Source: Candidatus Latescibacterota bacterium (GTDB lineage: Bacteria; Latescibacterota; UBA2968; GCA-2709665). From it: a stretch of 64,000 nucleotides of DNA. Positions within the stretch are counted from its first letter, which is position 1; every line of letters starts with the position of its first letter. Positions 9,922 through 19,393 of the stretch are shown piece by piece. Location: NCBI GenBank assembly GCA_965116875.1, contig OZ220733.1, positions 512,001-576,000 on the forward strand, given 5' to 3'. Under the pieces are notes generated by a model. That model was given only the letters and a program-made list of their open reading frames with translations, ran no database searches and was not told the origin of the DNA. The translations under genes were made by a program, and so were the position numbers.

Positions 9922-11106
9922 CTAACATCGCCCCTGCGCAATCGGCACGAGACTGGCGCCCGATGGCCTCGGGCCGACGGGCCTGATCGGCAGGCGCTCG
10001 TACGAACGGTACCGGACTTCGAGATGCGGTGTCTCCACCCTTACGTGGCCTCTGTGGCGGGAGTCCATCAGCGCATCCAGGGCCCCGCTCACCAGGAGCG
10101 TGCGCTCTACCGGGTACGGCGGCTTGCCGGTAAGGAAGAGTTCGTGGATGTTTCTGCCGAGATAGCTGAAATGGGCATGGGGATCGTCAGGCAGAAATAC
10201 CTCCATCCCCCGCACCCGGTCTTTTTCGCGGCCGGCGTACCCGAACCCCTGCGTGTATCCGTTCAACATCAGCGTGGCCGCCTTCAACCCGTCGGCGTAT
10301 TCCAGCAGAAAAACCGCCGGGTCCGGGCAGTGGGCTTCCATTGCCCCCTCGGCTTTCGCCTCGATGGGTTCGCGCGCGGCGTCGGCAAGCTCGCGCGACC
10401 ACCGCCCCTCGTCTCCGGCCCGCCAGACGTCATCTCCCTCGAGGCACTGTACAGCGACGATACCGGTCTCGCCGCCCCGTCTGCGTTCGGTCATACACTG
10501 CAACAGCTCGAGCGCGTGGAACCCGTAGATGTCCAGTCCGGAATACCCGATTGACAATGCCTCCTCAAGCGGCGCATCCAGGCTGTATTCAAGGTACGGA
10601 CGCCTCCAGGCCAGCGGCACCGAGGAGCCAGCCAGAAAAGGCACCTTCAGCATTCCCGCCCGGTCGTACATCCACTTTGAATTCACCCAGTCATACGCCA
10701 GGTGCTTGTCGTTGAACACCGGCACGGAACGTCCGGACGTGGCAAATATCCCGCATATCTGCTCGAAGAAGTACCGGCGTGGATACATGTGCTGCTGCTT
10801 TTCGTTCCAGGCGTAGTCCCCATGCTCGCCGATCAACAGCACGCCGTCGACCGCCAGTTTCTCTCCGCCCAGCGTCAATGCCTTCGGAATACTGTTGTAG
10901 ACCGGCACCCCGTGTTCCTTTGCGAGTTCGAGGCCGACGTCTTTCTCATGAACCTGGTCCATGTACATCGACGCGACCTCCACCCGCGGCGGTATCAACC
11001 CGTCGTCCGACGGAAACCCCTTCAGAAACTTGGTCATAATGACGTCGGCGTGAGAATACCGATAGTACGTCGTCACAACTGCCGCGATTTTCTTCGATCC
11101 GGACAT
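9922..11106 (-). CDS. Conserved hypothetical protein (oxidoreductase-like)
   Basis: KIAAVVT.Y...SHADVI, VDGVLLIGEHGDY, VFNDKHL, AGSSVPL and YGFHALE motifs; start placed at ATG 11106. Confidence 0.75.
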   Translation of the reverse strand: MSGSKKIAAVVTTYYRYSHADVIMTKFLKGFPSDDGLIPPRVEVASMYMDQVHEKDVGLELAKEHGVPVYNSIPKALTLGGEKLAVDGVLLIGEHGDYAWNEKQQHMYPRRYFFEQICGIFATSGRSVPVFNDKHLAYDWVNSKWMYDRAGMLKVPFLAGSSVPLAWRRPYLEYSLDAPLEEALSIGYSGLDIYGFHALELLQCMTERRRGGETGIVAVQCLEGDDVWRAGDEGRWSRELADAAREPIEAKAEGAMEAHCPDPAVFLLEYADGLKAATLMLNGYTQGFGYAGREKDRVRGMEVFLPDDPHAHFSYLGRNIHELFLTGKPPYPVERTLLVSGALDALMDSRHRGHVRVETPHLEVRYRSYERLPIRPVGPRPSGASLVPIAQGRC

Positions 11107-11359
11107 TTGTACCCACCCTTCGAAACATCGGGCGAACACCGGGTTCGCCTTCGCCTCGGCAAAGCGAAAAAAGATCAATCGCTCCGCCGCAGAGTACGGC
11201 AGGCGACTGAGAAAAACACGTGCGCGTCGCCCGGTCCGCCGGGCAAATATGAAGCGGGCCGGAATCGATGTCAAGGTGAATTGAACTTCCCGGAGCCGGG
11301 ACAATGCCCGACTTATCCGGCTTGATTTTGGAGGATGGATCTTCTATTTTGGTGTCTCG

Positions 11360-11548
11360 GAAGTTGTCTTAGAATTACCGGTGAGTTCCCGAGCACGAGC
11401 GAAAAAGCGGCGGTCAAGGCGGGAGAATTCGCCCATATACCAATGTATCGTGGCTGCGCGCCCCTCGCCACTCTTGGGTGGATTTAACCAACGCCGACCG
11501 GCACGTTTACAGCCGTGCGAAGACCGCTGGGAATTTTAAGACAGCTTC
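11360..11548 (-). mobile_element. MITE family A, copy 3 (inverted, diverged, with internal insertion; 189 bp)
   Basis: The reverse complement begins GAAGCTGTCTTAAAATTCCCAGCGGTCTTCGC and ends GCTCGGGAACTCACCGGTAATTCTAAGACAACTTC, matching copies 1 and 2; flanks TCG/TCA. Confidence 0.8.
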
Positions 11549-11590
11549 TCAGGTCAGGATGCCGGCTTTCGACCCCACAGGACTTCCGAT

Positions 11591-12784
<1,194 letters not shown>

Positions 12785-12852
12785 ACCCTTCCCTAGATTT
12801 CGGAAGAGGAAGCGGTTGCGGCCGCAGCCGGCAACAACGAGAGGACACGCTC

Positions 12853-13620
12853 ATGGATTTGCCCCAGAATCAACCCCTTCGTGACCACGTCGCCATCGTG
12901 ACCGGGGCGGGGCAGGGCATCGGCCGGGCCGTCGCCCGGACCCTTGCGGAACAGGGCGCCCACCTCGTCGTGAACGACCTCGACGAGTCCAACGCCGAAA
13001 GTACCGCCGAAGAGCTGAAGTCGTCGGTCACCACGGCTTTTCACTTTCAGGCCGATGTCACCGATGCGCCCGGCGTGCAGGCCATGGTCGACTGGACGGC
13101 GGACACGTTCGGCGCCGTCCACATTCTGGTCAACAATGCCGGAATTCTCTTTCCAACCAGCGTCATGGATATTGACGAAGACGAGTGGGATCGGGTGATC
13201 GACGTGAATCTCAAGGGCGCCTTTCTCTGCTCGAAGGCCGTCCTCCCACATATGAGGGAAGCCGGTTGGGGCCGGATTGTCAATTTCTCATCCACCGCCG
13301 GCAAGAACATCAGTACCGTGGGCGGCGCGCACTATACCGCGGCAAAGGCCGGCGTGCTGGGATTCACGCGCCACCTGGCCAGAGAGGTCGCGCCCTACAA
13401 CATCACCGTAAACGCCGTTTGCCCGGGCCTGATCGATACCGAAATGGTACGCGGAACCATCGATGAGGAACGAACTCGCGATTATGCGCGAAGCTTCCCC
13501 ATACCCCGCCTGGGCAGACCGGAGGAAGTGGCCGTCCTGGTGGCATTCCTCGCCTCCGACCAGGCCGCCTACATCACCGGCGCATCGCTGGACATCAACG
13601 GCGGCGATCTGATGATTTAG
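12853..13620 (+). CDS. SDR family oxidoreductase (FabG-like)
   Basis: TGAGQGIG, NNAG, YTAAK and VCPG motifs. Confidence 0.92.
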   Translation: MDLPQNQPLRDHVAIVTGAGQGIGRAVARTLAEQGAHLVVNDLDESNAESTAEELKSSVTTAFHFQADVTDAPGVQAMVDWTADTFGAVHILVNNAGILFPTSVMDIDEDEWDRVIDVNLKGAFLCSKAVLPHMREAGWGRIVNFSSTAGKNISTVGGAHYTAAKAGVLGFTRHLAREVAPYNITVNAVCPGLIDTEMVRGTIDEERTRDYARSFPIPRLGRPEEVAVLVAFLASDQAAYITGASLDINGGDLMI

Positions 13621-13669
13621 AAGGTGTCGCCAACTGGTGTCCCATACGGCTTTCCGGAGCATTCGCGGA

Positions 13670-14830
13670 ATGCGGATAGAGCGCATAAAGACCTTCCTTG
13701 TCCACCCCGGCAGCGCGAAGAACTGGCTTTTCGTAAGGCTGGAAACCGACACGGGCATCCACGGATGGGGCGAGGCCTACACCCAGCACGACAGGGACCG
13801 GAGCGTCCAGGTTCACGTGGAGGAACTGGGCCGCTACCTGACGGGAAGGTCGCCGTTCGACATCAAGCATTTCACGTACGTGGCCTACACGGACTTCGCA
13901 AGCAAGCGGGGCGCGATGGACCTCTATGCCGCCATCAGCGCCATCGAACAGGCCATGTGGGATATTGTCGGCAAGTCGCTCAACCAGCCCGTCTACAACC
14001 TTCTGGGCGGCGCGTGCAGGACCAGGATCAGGGTCTACGCCAACGGATGGGGAAGCTGGTACGATCCCGGCAAGGGGTTGGATGAACTCGCCGATCGGGC
14101 GGCCCGGGTTGTGGCGAGAGGGTTCACCGCGCTCAAATTCGACCCCTTTCCGGGCCCCTGGCGCAGCCTCATCGACCGGACGGACGAACAGACCGCCGTG
14201 GACCGCGTCCGGGCCGTGCGGGAGGCCGTAGGCCCGAACGTGGATATCCTGGTCGAGGTACACCGCAGGCTCTCTCCGGCCCATGCCATCCGCGTTGCCC
14301 GCGGCATGGAGCCATACAATCCCTTCTGGTACGAAGAACCGGTTTCGTCGCGGGATCTCGACGGCCTGGTGGAAGCCAGACGAAACATCCGCATCCCGGT
14401 TGTTACCGGAGAGGAACTCTATACAAAGACCGAATTCCGCGAGGTTTTCGAAAAACGCGCCGCCGACGTCATCAACCCGGACGTCTGCAACTGCGGCGGA
14501 ATACTCGAGCTCAGGGAAATCGCGGCGATGGCCGAACCCTGTCACGTCGCGGTCTCGCCGCACAACTACAACAGCACCACCGTGGGGCTGGCTGCAACGA
14601 TGCAGGCGGCGGCCGGCATGCCCAACTTTCTGATTACCGAGTACTTCGTAAACTTCGAAGCCGCGGGCAATAAAATCGCCGTCGAACCCCTCGTTGTCGA
14701 AGACGGTTATATCCCGCTTCCCACGGCCCCCGGGCTTGGCATCGACCTGGACGAACGCGCGCTCGCCGAGCATCCTTTCCGGCCGTTCCCGGGAAGAAAC
14801 CTGCGGCGCCCGTGCGATGAGGGCCCGTAG
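13670..14830 (+). CDS. Mandelate racemase-subgroup enzyme (galactonate dehydratase-like)
   Basis: NWLFV.LETD.G..GWGEA, KFDPF, EVH, WYEEP, TGE, NPD and PHN motifs. Confidence 0.88.
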   Translation: MRIERIKTFLVHPGSAKNWLFVRLETDTGIHGWGEAYTQHDRDRSVQVHVEELGRYLTGRSPFDIKHFTYVAYTDFASKRGAMDLYAAISAIEQAMWDIVGKSLNQPVYNLLGGACRTRIRVYANGWGSWYDPGKGLDELADRAARVVARGFTALKFDPFPGPWRSLIDRTDEQTAVDRVRAVREAVGPNVDILVEVHRRLSPAHAIRVARGMEPYNPFWYEEPVSSRDLDGLVEARRNIRIPVVTGEELYTKTEFREVFEKRAADVINPDVCNCGGILELREIAAMAEPCHVAVSPHNYNSTTVGLAATMQAAAGMPNFLITEYFVNFEAAGNKIAVEPLVVEDGYIPLPTAPGLGIDLDERALAEHPFRPFPGRNLRRPCDEGP

Positions 14831-14922
14831 CCATCGGAAATTCACAACCACGTACGACGGTTTCTGAATCTGACCCATTCAGGCTCAGGACTGACCTGTT
14901 ATTCACGCGAAGGAGACAGAAA

Positions 14923-16101
14923 ATGGAACGTGACGACGTGAGAAAGAGATTGGACGCGCTGGAGGAGAGGCTGCGCTGGCAGAAGCGGGCGATTGCGGGG
15001 TTGCTCGTCTTATTTCTGTTCAGCGCAGCGCCGGTTCTGACCCGGACGCCGAAATGGTTCGGCGTGATGCTCCCGTCAAAACTGACCTCGCTGAGCTTTC
15101 GAGACGGCGTTACCACCGGCGACGTACGGTTCGGAGATCTCTCGCCAACCCGCGCCGGTCTCCCGTTGCCGGAGGCCGCCAGCGATGGGCTGAGCAAAAT
15201 TGCTCCTGAGCAAATCGTCGATGCCGGTGACACCTTGCGCGTGCGTACGCTACACATTGTAAATGCAGGCGGGGCGGTCGTCGCGGAAGTCGGGTCTGAT
15301 GAGTCCGGGGACGGCTCACTCGCGATCTGGAACAGTGCCGGCGCCCTCGTTTCCGTCGTGGGCGTAGACAGAAACGGCCACGGTACGCTGGGAGTCCTCA
15401 ATGCGGCGGGCCGTGTCGCGGCCGCCATGGGCGCGGATCCGACAGAACAGGCCAATGGCTGGATGGACGTCAGGAGCGCAACCGGGTCCGCTGCCGCACT
15501 CGCATTCGATAATGCCGGAGACGGCGCGATTGCCGTGTTTAACACGGATGACAAGCTTGTTGCCGGATTCGGTATCGACGCCAACGGTCACGGCGCCCTC
15601 CGTGTCTGGAACGCGTCGGGCGGGATCGCCGCTGCGATCGGCGCGGATGAGACGGAGGACGCCAACGGATGGATGGATGTCAGGAACAAGTCGGGGCCGG
15701 CGGCGGGACTCTCCGTCGACGCGGACGGCGACGGCCTGGTAATCGCGGGCAACCGGGACGGCGGTCCGACTTCGATAATGGGCGCGAATGGGAGCGGACA
15801 CGGAATCATCGGGTTCAGGAATGCGTCCGGCAGGGTTGTGGCCGGCATGGGCGCCGATTCGACCGGCATTGGGGGATTGAGTATCGAAGGAGGCAGGTTC
15901 GGAGCCTATGTCGACGGGAACGCCAACGGCGTGGCGGAGACTCGGGGCAACAACGGGGAGGTTCGATGGTCCTCCGAAGCGCCCGCCGTCGGTGATACCG
16001 GCACGTCAACCGGGCTGATCGGGGATTTCGACGGGGACGGCGACGTGGACTTCAACGACTTCCTCACCTTTACCGCGAATTTCGGTAAGACGAGCGGGTA
16101 G
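14923..16101 (+). CDS. Membrane-anchored beta-repeat protein with a C-terminal EF-hand/dockerin-like motif
   Basis: N-terminal coiled coil plus hydrophobic helix; ~23-aa Gly-rich repeats with a higher-order duplication (ANGWMDVR twice); ends GDFDGDGDVDFNDFLTFTANFGKTSG; AAGGAG RBS. Confidence 0.8.
   Translation: MERDDVRKRLDALEERLRWQKRAIAGLLVLFLFSAAPVLTRTPKWFGVMLPSKLTSLSFRDGVTTGDVRFGDLSPTRAGLPLPEAASDGLSKIAPEQIVDAGDTLRVRTLHIVNAGGAVVAEVGSDESGDGSLAIWNSAGALVSVVGVDRNGHGTLGVLNAAGRVAAAMGADPTEQANGWMDVRSATGSAAALAFDNAGDGAIAVFNTDDKLVAGFGIDANGHGALRVWNASGGIAAAIGADETEDANGWMDVRNKSGPAAGLSVDADGDGLVIAGNRDGGPTSIMGANGSGHGIIGFRNASGRVVAGMGADSTGIGGLSIEGGRFGAYVDGNANGVAETRGNNGEVRWSSEAPAVGDTGTSTGLIGDFDGDGDVDFNDFLTFTANFGKTSG
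15967..16101 (+). repeat. 135-bp direct repeat, copy 1 (dockerin-like tail coding sequence)
   Basis: 9 mismatches versus 17801-17935 by manual alignment. Confidence 0.9.
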
Positions 16102-16265
16102 CAGAAAGCGCGTTGGGATGGCGGCCCCGCCCCGGTGCGCGGCGCGGAGTGTGATCGCGACCGACGACGACGACGAAACGTGAATTGGCGGGTGAATTCA
16201 AATGGTCTGATGCAGGCGGTGGAGGCTCCAGTCCGGGGCCGATTCGACGCGAAGGAGTGTTGGAT

Positions 16266-17753
16266 ATGCGATTGAACAACTCCTTATTTCCAATGACTGC
16301 CGTCTTCGCCTGTATGTTTGCAGGAGCGGAATGCCCTTCGGCAGCGGCGGAAGACGATTCCGCAACTTCAGCCGACGGTCGTAACCTGCCGCCCGTGATT
16401 GTCAAAGCGGGAAGAAATGGAGCATACGGATATTCCCAAACAGTGGGTTCCGGTTTTTCTTTCTCTTCCAGCAAGACCCTGGCCGAGGGAAAGATGGAAG
16501 AAGGACTTGCGGAATTCCGTTCTGACAAGGACGTCGTATGGCTCTATTACAACTCGGAGGCCAACGACCCCGACGGGGACGAAGTGCAGTATATCTGGTC
16601 TCAGGTTTCACCGGAAAAGCCGGTGGCGATCATCGAACAGGATGATTCCTTCGTTCCCAGTGGGCAGTCAGTTGACGTGAAAGTATGCACTCCTCCCTCA
16701 GGTGCTGAGATCACGCTTCAAGTCGTAGCGATGGACAGGAACGGCGCCAGAAGCGAACCCAGGTCGGTCATCGTGAACGCCGCCGGCTGCGCGTCGGAAG
16801 CGCGCTGGGCGCGGTTGTCCAGATTTGCCCGATTGCGCGAAGCCGCCAATCAGGGAGATCATATATCTCAAAGAGACCTCGCATTAGCCTATATCAACGG
16901 CGACGGCGTTTTCAAGAATGTGAAAAAAGGAACTGACCTCATGCAATCGCAGGCGGAGGCTGGAAATGCCGAAGCACAAGCTCAATGGGCCTTTTTTCTC
17001 GACACGGGGAAGCACAGATTAAAAAAAGACAAAAAGAAAGCGCTTGAGTGGTATCGCGCTGCAGCCCGGCAGGGCCATGCGCATGCACAATATGCCGTGG
17101 GGTTCTACGAGAAGGACAAGCGAGAGGCGCAGAGGTGGTACAAACTGGCGGCCGAGCAGGACAACATGTCCGCACAATTCAGTTTGGCAAAGATGCTGGC
17201 TGAGGGTGACGGCGTAGCGAAGGATCTGGTTGCGGCGAAGGAGTGGATGCAAAAATCGGCTGATCGTGGGCACAAACGCGCCAAGACCTGGTTAGAAAAC
17301 TGGGAGGTGGCCACTGCTTTCGATGCGTCCGGAAATCGGCCGCCGCAATTGACGTCGGTTACCTATACGGGAGATCACAGCCCTGCCTCGGTTTCCTATT
17401 CCGCCGACAAGGTGACGTACAAGGACGGGAAATGGATCACTGAGGGGGGAAAGACCGGCGTCAACAAGATTGTGTGGCGAAAGTTTAACGTTCGAGCTGA
17501 AGATTTCGATGGCGAGGCGATTCGATATCTCGTTACGCAGACATCGCCAGTTACTCCCAAAGTCACAATCGGCGGTCAGCGAAACGTATTCAAATATCAT
17601 GCCTCCGGCAAGGAAGTCATGTTTGCAGTCTGCTTCCCTCAGATTTCCAGTGGAGAATTCACGTTTCAAGTGATTGCCGAGGATAAACGCGGCGGAAGAA
17701 GCGCTCCCAGGACAATCGCGCTCGAGGCGATAAGATCGGACAAGTGCCAGTGA
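16266..17753 (+). CDS. Secreted Sel1-repeat protein flanked by two Ig/PKD-like domains
   Basis: Signal peptide; Sel1 repeats (ALEWYRAAARQGHAHAQY, WYKLAAEQDNMSAQFSL); a duplicated N.PP...D.DG....Y...Q.SP..P...QV.A.D..G.RS domain; AAGGAG RBS. Confidence 0.82.
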   Translation: MRLNNSLFPMTAVFACMFAGAECPSAAAEDDSATSADGRNLPPVIVKAGRNGAYGYSQTVGSGFSFSSSKTLAEGKMEEGLAEFRSDKDVVWLYYNSEANDPDGDEVQYIWSQVSPEKPVAIIEQDDSFVPSGQSVDVKVCTPPSGAEITLQVVAMDRNGARSEPRSVIVNAAGCASEARWARLSRFARLREAANQGDHISQRDLALAYINGDGVFKNVKKGTDLMQSQAEAGNAEAQAQWAFFLDTGKHRLKKDKKKALEWYRAAARQGHAHAQYAVGFYEKDKREAQRWYKLAAEQDNMSAQFSLAKMLAEGDGVAKDLVAAKEWMQKSADRGHKRAKTWLENWEVATAFDASGNRPPQLTSVTYTGDHSPASVSYSADKVTYKDGKWITEGGKTGVNKIVWRKFNVRAEDFDGEAIRYLVTQTSPVTPKVTIGGQRNVFKYHASGKEVMFAVCFPQISSGEFTFQVIAEDKRGGRSAPRTIALEAIRSDKCQ

Positions 17754-17800
17754 GAGTGCGCACGAGAAGGGCAGATCTCAAGGGTGGTGGGAATCGACGC

Positions 17801-17935
17801 TGGTCCTCCGAACCATCCTCCGTTGGTGATACCGGCACGTCAACCGGTCTGATCTGGGAATTCGACGGGGACGGCGACGTGGACTTCAACGACTTCCTCA
17901 CCTTTACCGCGAATTTCGGTAAGACGAGCGGGTAA
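17801..17935 (+). pseudogene. Orphan duplicate of the dockerin-like tail of the 14923 gene (direct repeat copy 2)
   Basis: Encodes WSSEPSSVGDTGTSTGLIWEFDGDGDVDFNDFLTFTANFGKTSG*; no credible gene body upstream. Confidence 0.75.
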
Positions 17936-18247
17936 CGAGCCCTCCCCGGCACAGGGATGGGAGCATGCTCCCATCCGACGTCATGCGCCTCATGCAAACG
18001 TTGAGAGGGAGTTGCAGAAGCCGAGCCGTCCCCTGAGCTTGTCGAAGGGCCGGCGACGGCTGATGCGGTGGAAGGACTACAACGCGATTCCTTATTCAAG
18101 CAGAATTATCAAAAACGAACGCATCTTGCGTTGAAGTGTCTGAACCCCTTATATGTATTTCTACGTCCCGGCGATCCGAAGTCTTCACCGCCGCAATCGC
18201 TCGCTTTCTGCCGAGACTTGCGGCCAATTTATATTGGGAGAGTAGCA

Positions 18248-19378
18248 ATGAATCCACTTGAAGAACGGATGAACAGGTTAGAGACGCGCGTTACGCGGTA
18301 TCGCAATTTCAACGTTTTGTTGTGCCTCCTGCTGGTAACCGTCGTCACAGTTGCCGCAAAAGAAACTGTATCGCCATTTCAGGCGAAAGCAGCCCATGAG
18401 TCCGTTGCTATGCCGCGAGGTGACTTCGGCGTTCCAGAATTGTCGGACCGTGGTGCAGATGCTGTAATGGAACCGGAAGTTCGGAGTGCTGGAAAAGTTG
18501 CGGCACAGACGCAGGGCTTGATTCGCGCGACGGGACTGCAGATTGTAAACAGCGACGGACAGGCGGTTATTGAACTGGGGTTCAGCAGGTCGGGCGACGG
18601 TCTCGTCTTTGTCAAATCTGCACAAGGCAAGAGACTGATTTACGTCGGGCCGAGCGCATCTAACGACGATGGTTTGGTCTTGATCAGCTCAAAGGAAGAA
18701 AAAAGCCTGATAGCGTTGGGATCAGATTCTGAGTCGGGAGACGGTTTCATCGGCATCAGAAACAGAAATGAAGAGCGTTTGATCAGTTTGAGGACCGGCG
18801 AGAGCGCTGGATGGATTAGAATCGACAAAACCGGAAATGAGAACTTAGCGTACATCGGTGCTAGTACTCATGACAATGGACTATTGAGCCTGAGCAATAG
18901 ATCCGGAAAGGGCCTTGTAACAATGACTGCAGACGACATTGCCGGCAATCTGCAGCTACGAAACAATAGCGATAAGATGATCGCCTACCTGGGTTGGAGT
19001 AGCGAAGGCCAGGGAGTAATGAAGATTAACTCCAAGACCGGTACGGAACTCATTACGGCGGGTTCAAACGTAGAAGATGACGGACTGCTCAGGGTAAGCA
19101 ATCGCTATGGAACTCTCGGTTTTTTCGTTGTTAGTACTGAACTTCACGGCTATGTGGGAATTCAGGATAACCAGGAGAGGCTGCTTGCAGACCTGACAGC
19201 GACGGCGGGCGGCGATGGGCTTATGCGCACGTTGTCCAGGCAGGGTATCACGACGTGGTCCAGCGCTTCCTTTCAAGGCACCTCGGGTTCGACGTCCTTG
19301 AAGGGTGATATGGACAACGATGGCGATATTGACGGGGATGATTTCCTCATCTTCTCTGAAAACTTCGGTAAGAAATAG
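18248..19378 (+). CDS. Paralog of the 14923 beta-repeat protein with a C-terminal EF-hand/dockerin-like motif
   Basis: MNPLEERMNRLE coiled coil plus TM helix; ~23-aa repeats; ends KGDMDNDGDIDGDDFLIFSENFGKK. Confidence 0.8.
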   Translation: MNPLEERMNRLETRVTRYRNFNVLLCLLLVTVVTVAAKETVSPFQAKAAHESVAMPRGDFGVPELSDRGADAVMEPEVRSAGKVAAQTQGLIRATGLQIVNSDGQAVIELGFSRSGDGLVFVKSAQGKRLIYVGPSASNDDGLVLISSKEEKSLIALGSDSESGDGFIGIRNRNEERLISLRTGESAGWIRIDKTGNENLAYIGASTHDNGLLSLSNRSGKGLVTMTADDIAGNLQLRNNSDKMIAYLGWSSEGQGVMKINSKTGTELITAGSNVEDDGLLRVSNRYGTLGFFVVSTELHGYVGIQDNQERLLADLTATAGGDGLMRTLSRQGITTWSSASFQGTSGSTSLKGDMDNDGDIDGDDFLIFSENFGKK

Positions 19379-19393
19379 TGAGCATTGATAATT

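Noticed and set aside
11360-11590. Glycine or other riboswitch upstream of kbl
   Set aside because: The structured sequence is an inverted copy of MITE family A, whose orientation varies relative to downstream genes.
17700-17800. Programmed -1 frameshift fusing the Sel1 protein to the orphan dockerin tail
   Set aside because: The frame relationship allows it, but no slippery heptamer or stimulatory structure was seen.
15967-17935. DGR template/variable repeat pair
   Set aside because: The mismatches are not adenine-specific in either copy, and no reverse transcriptase is in the window.
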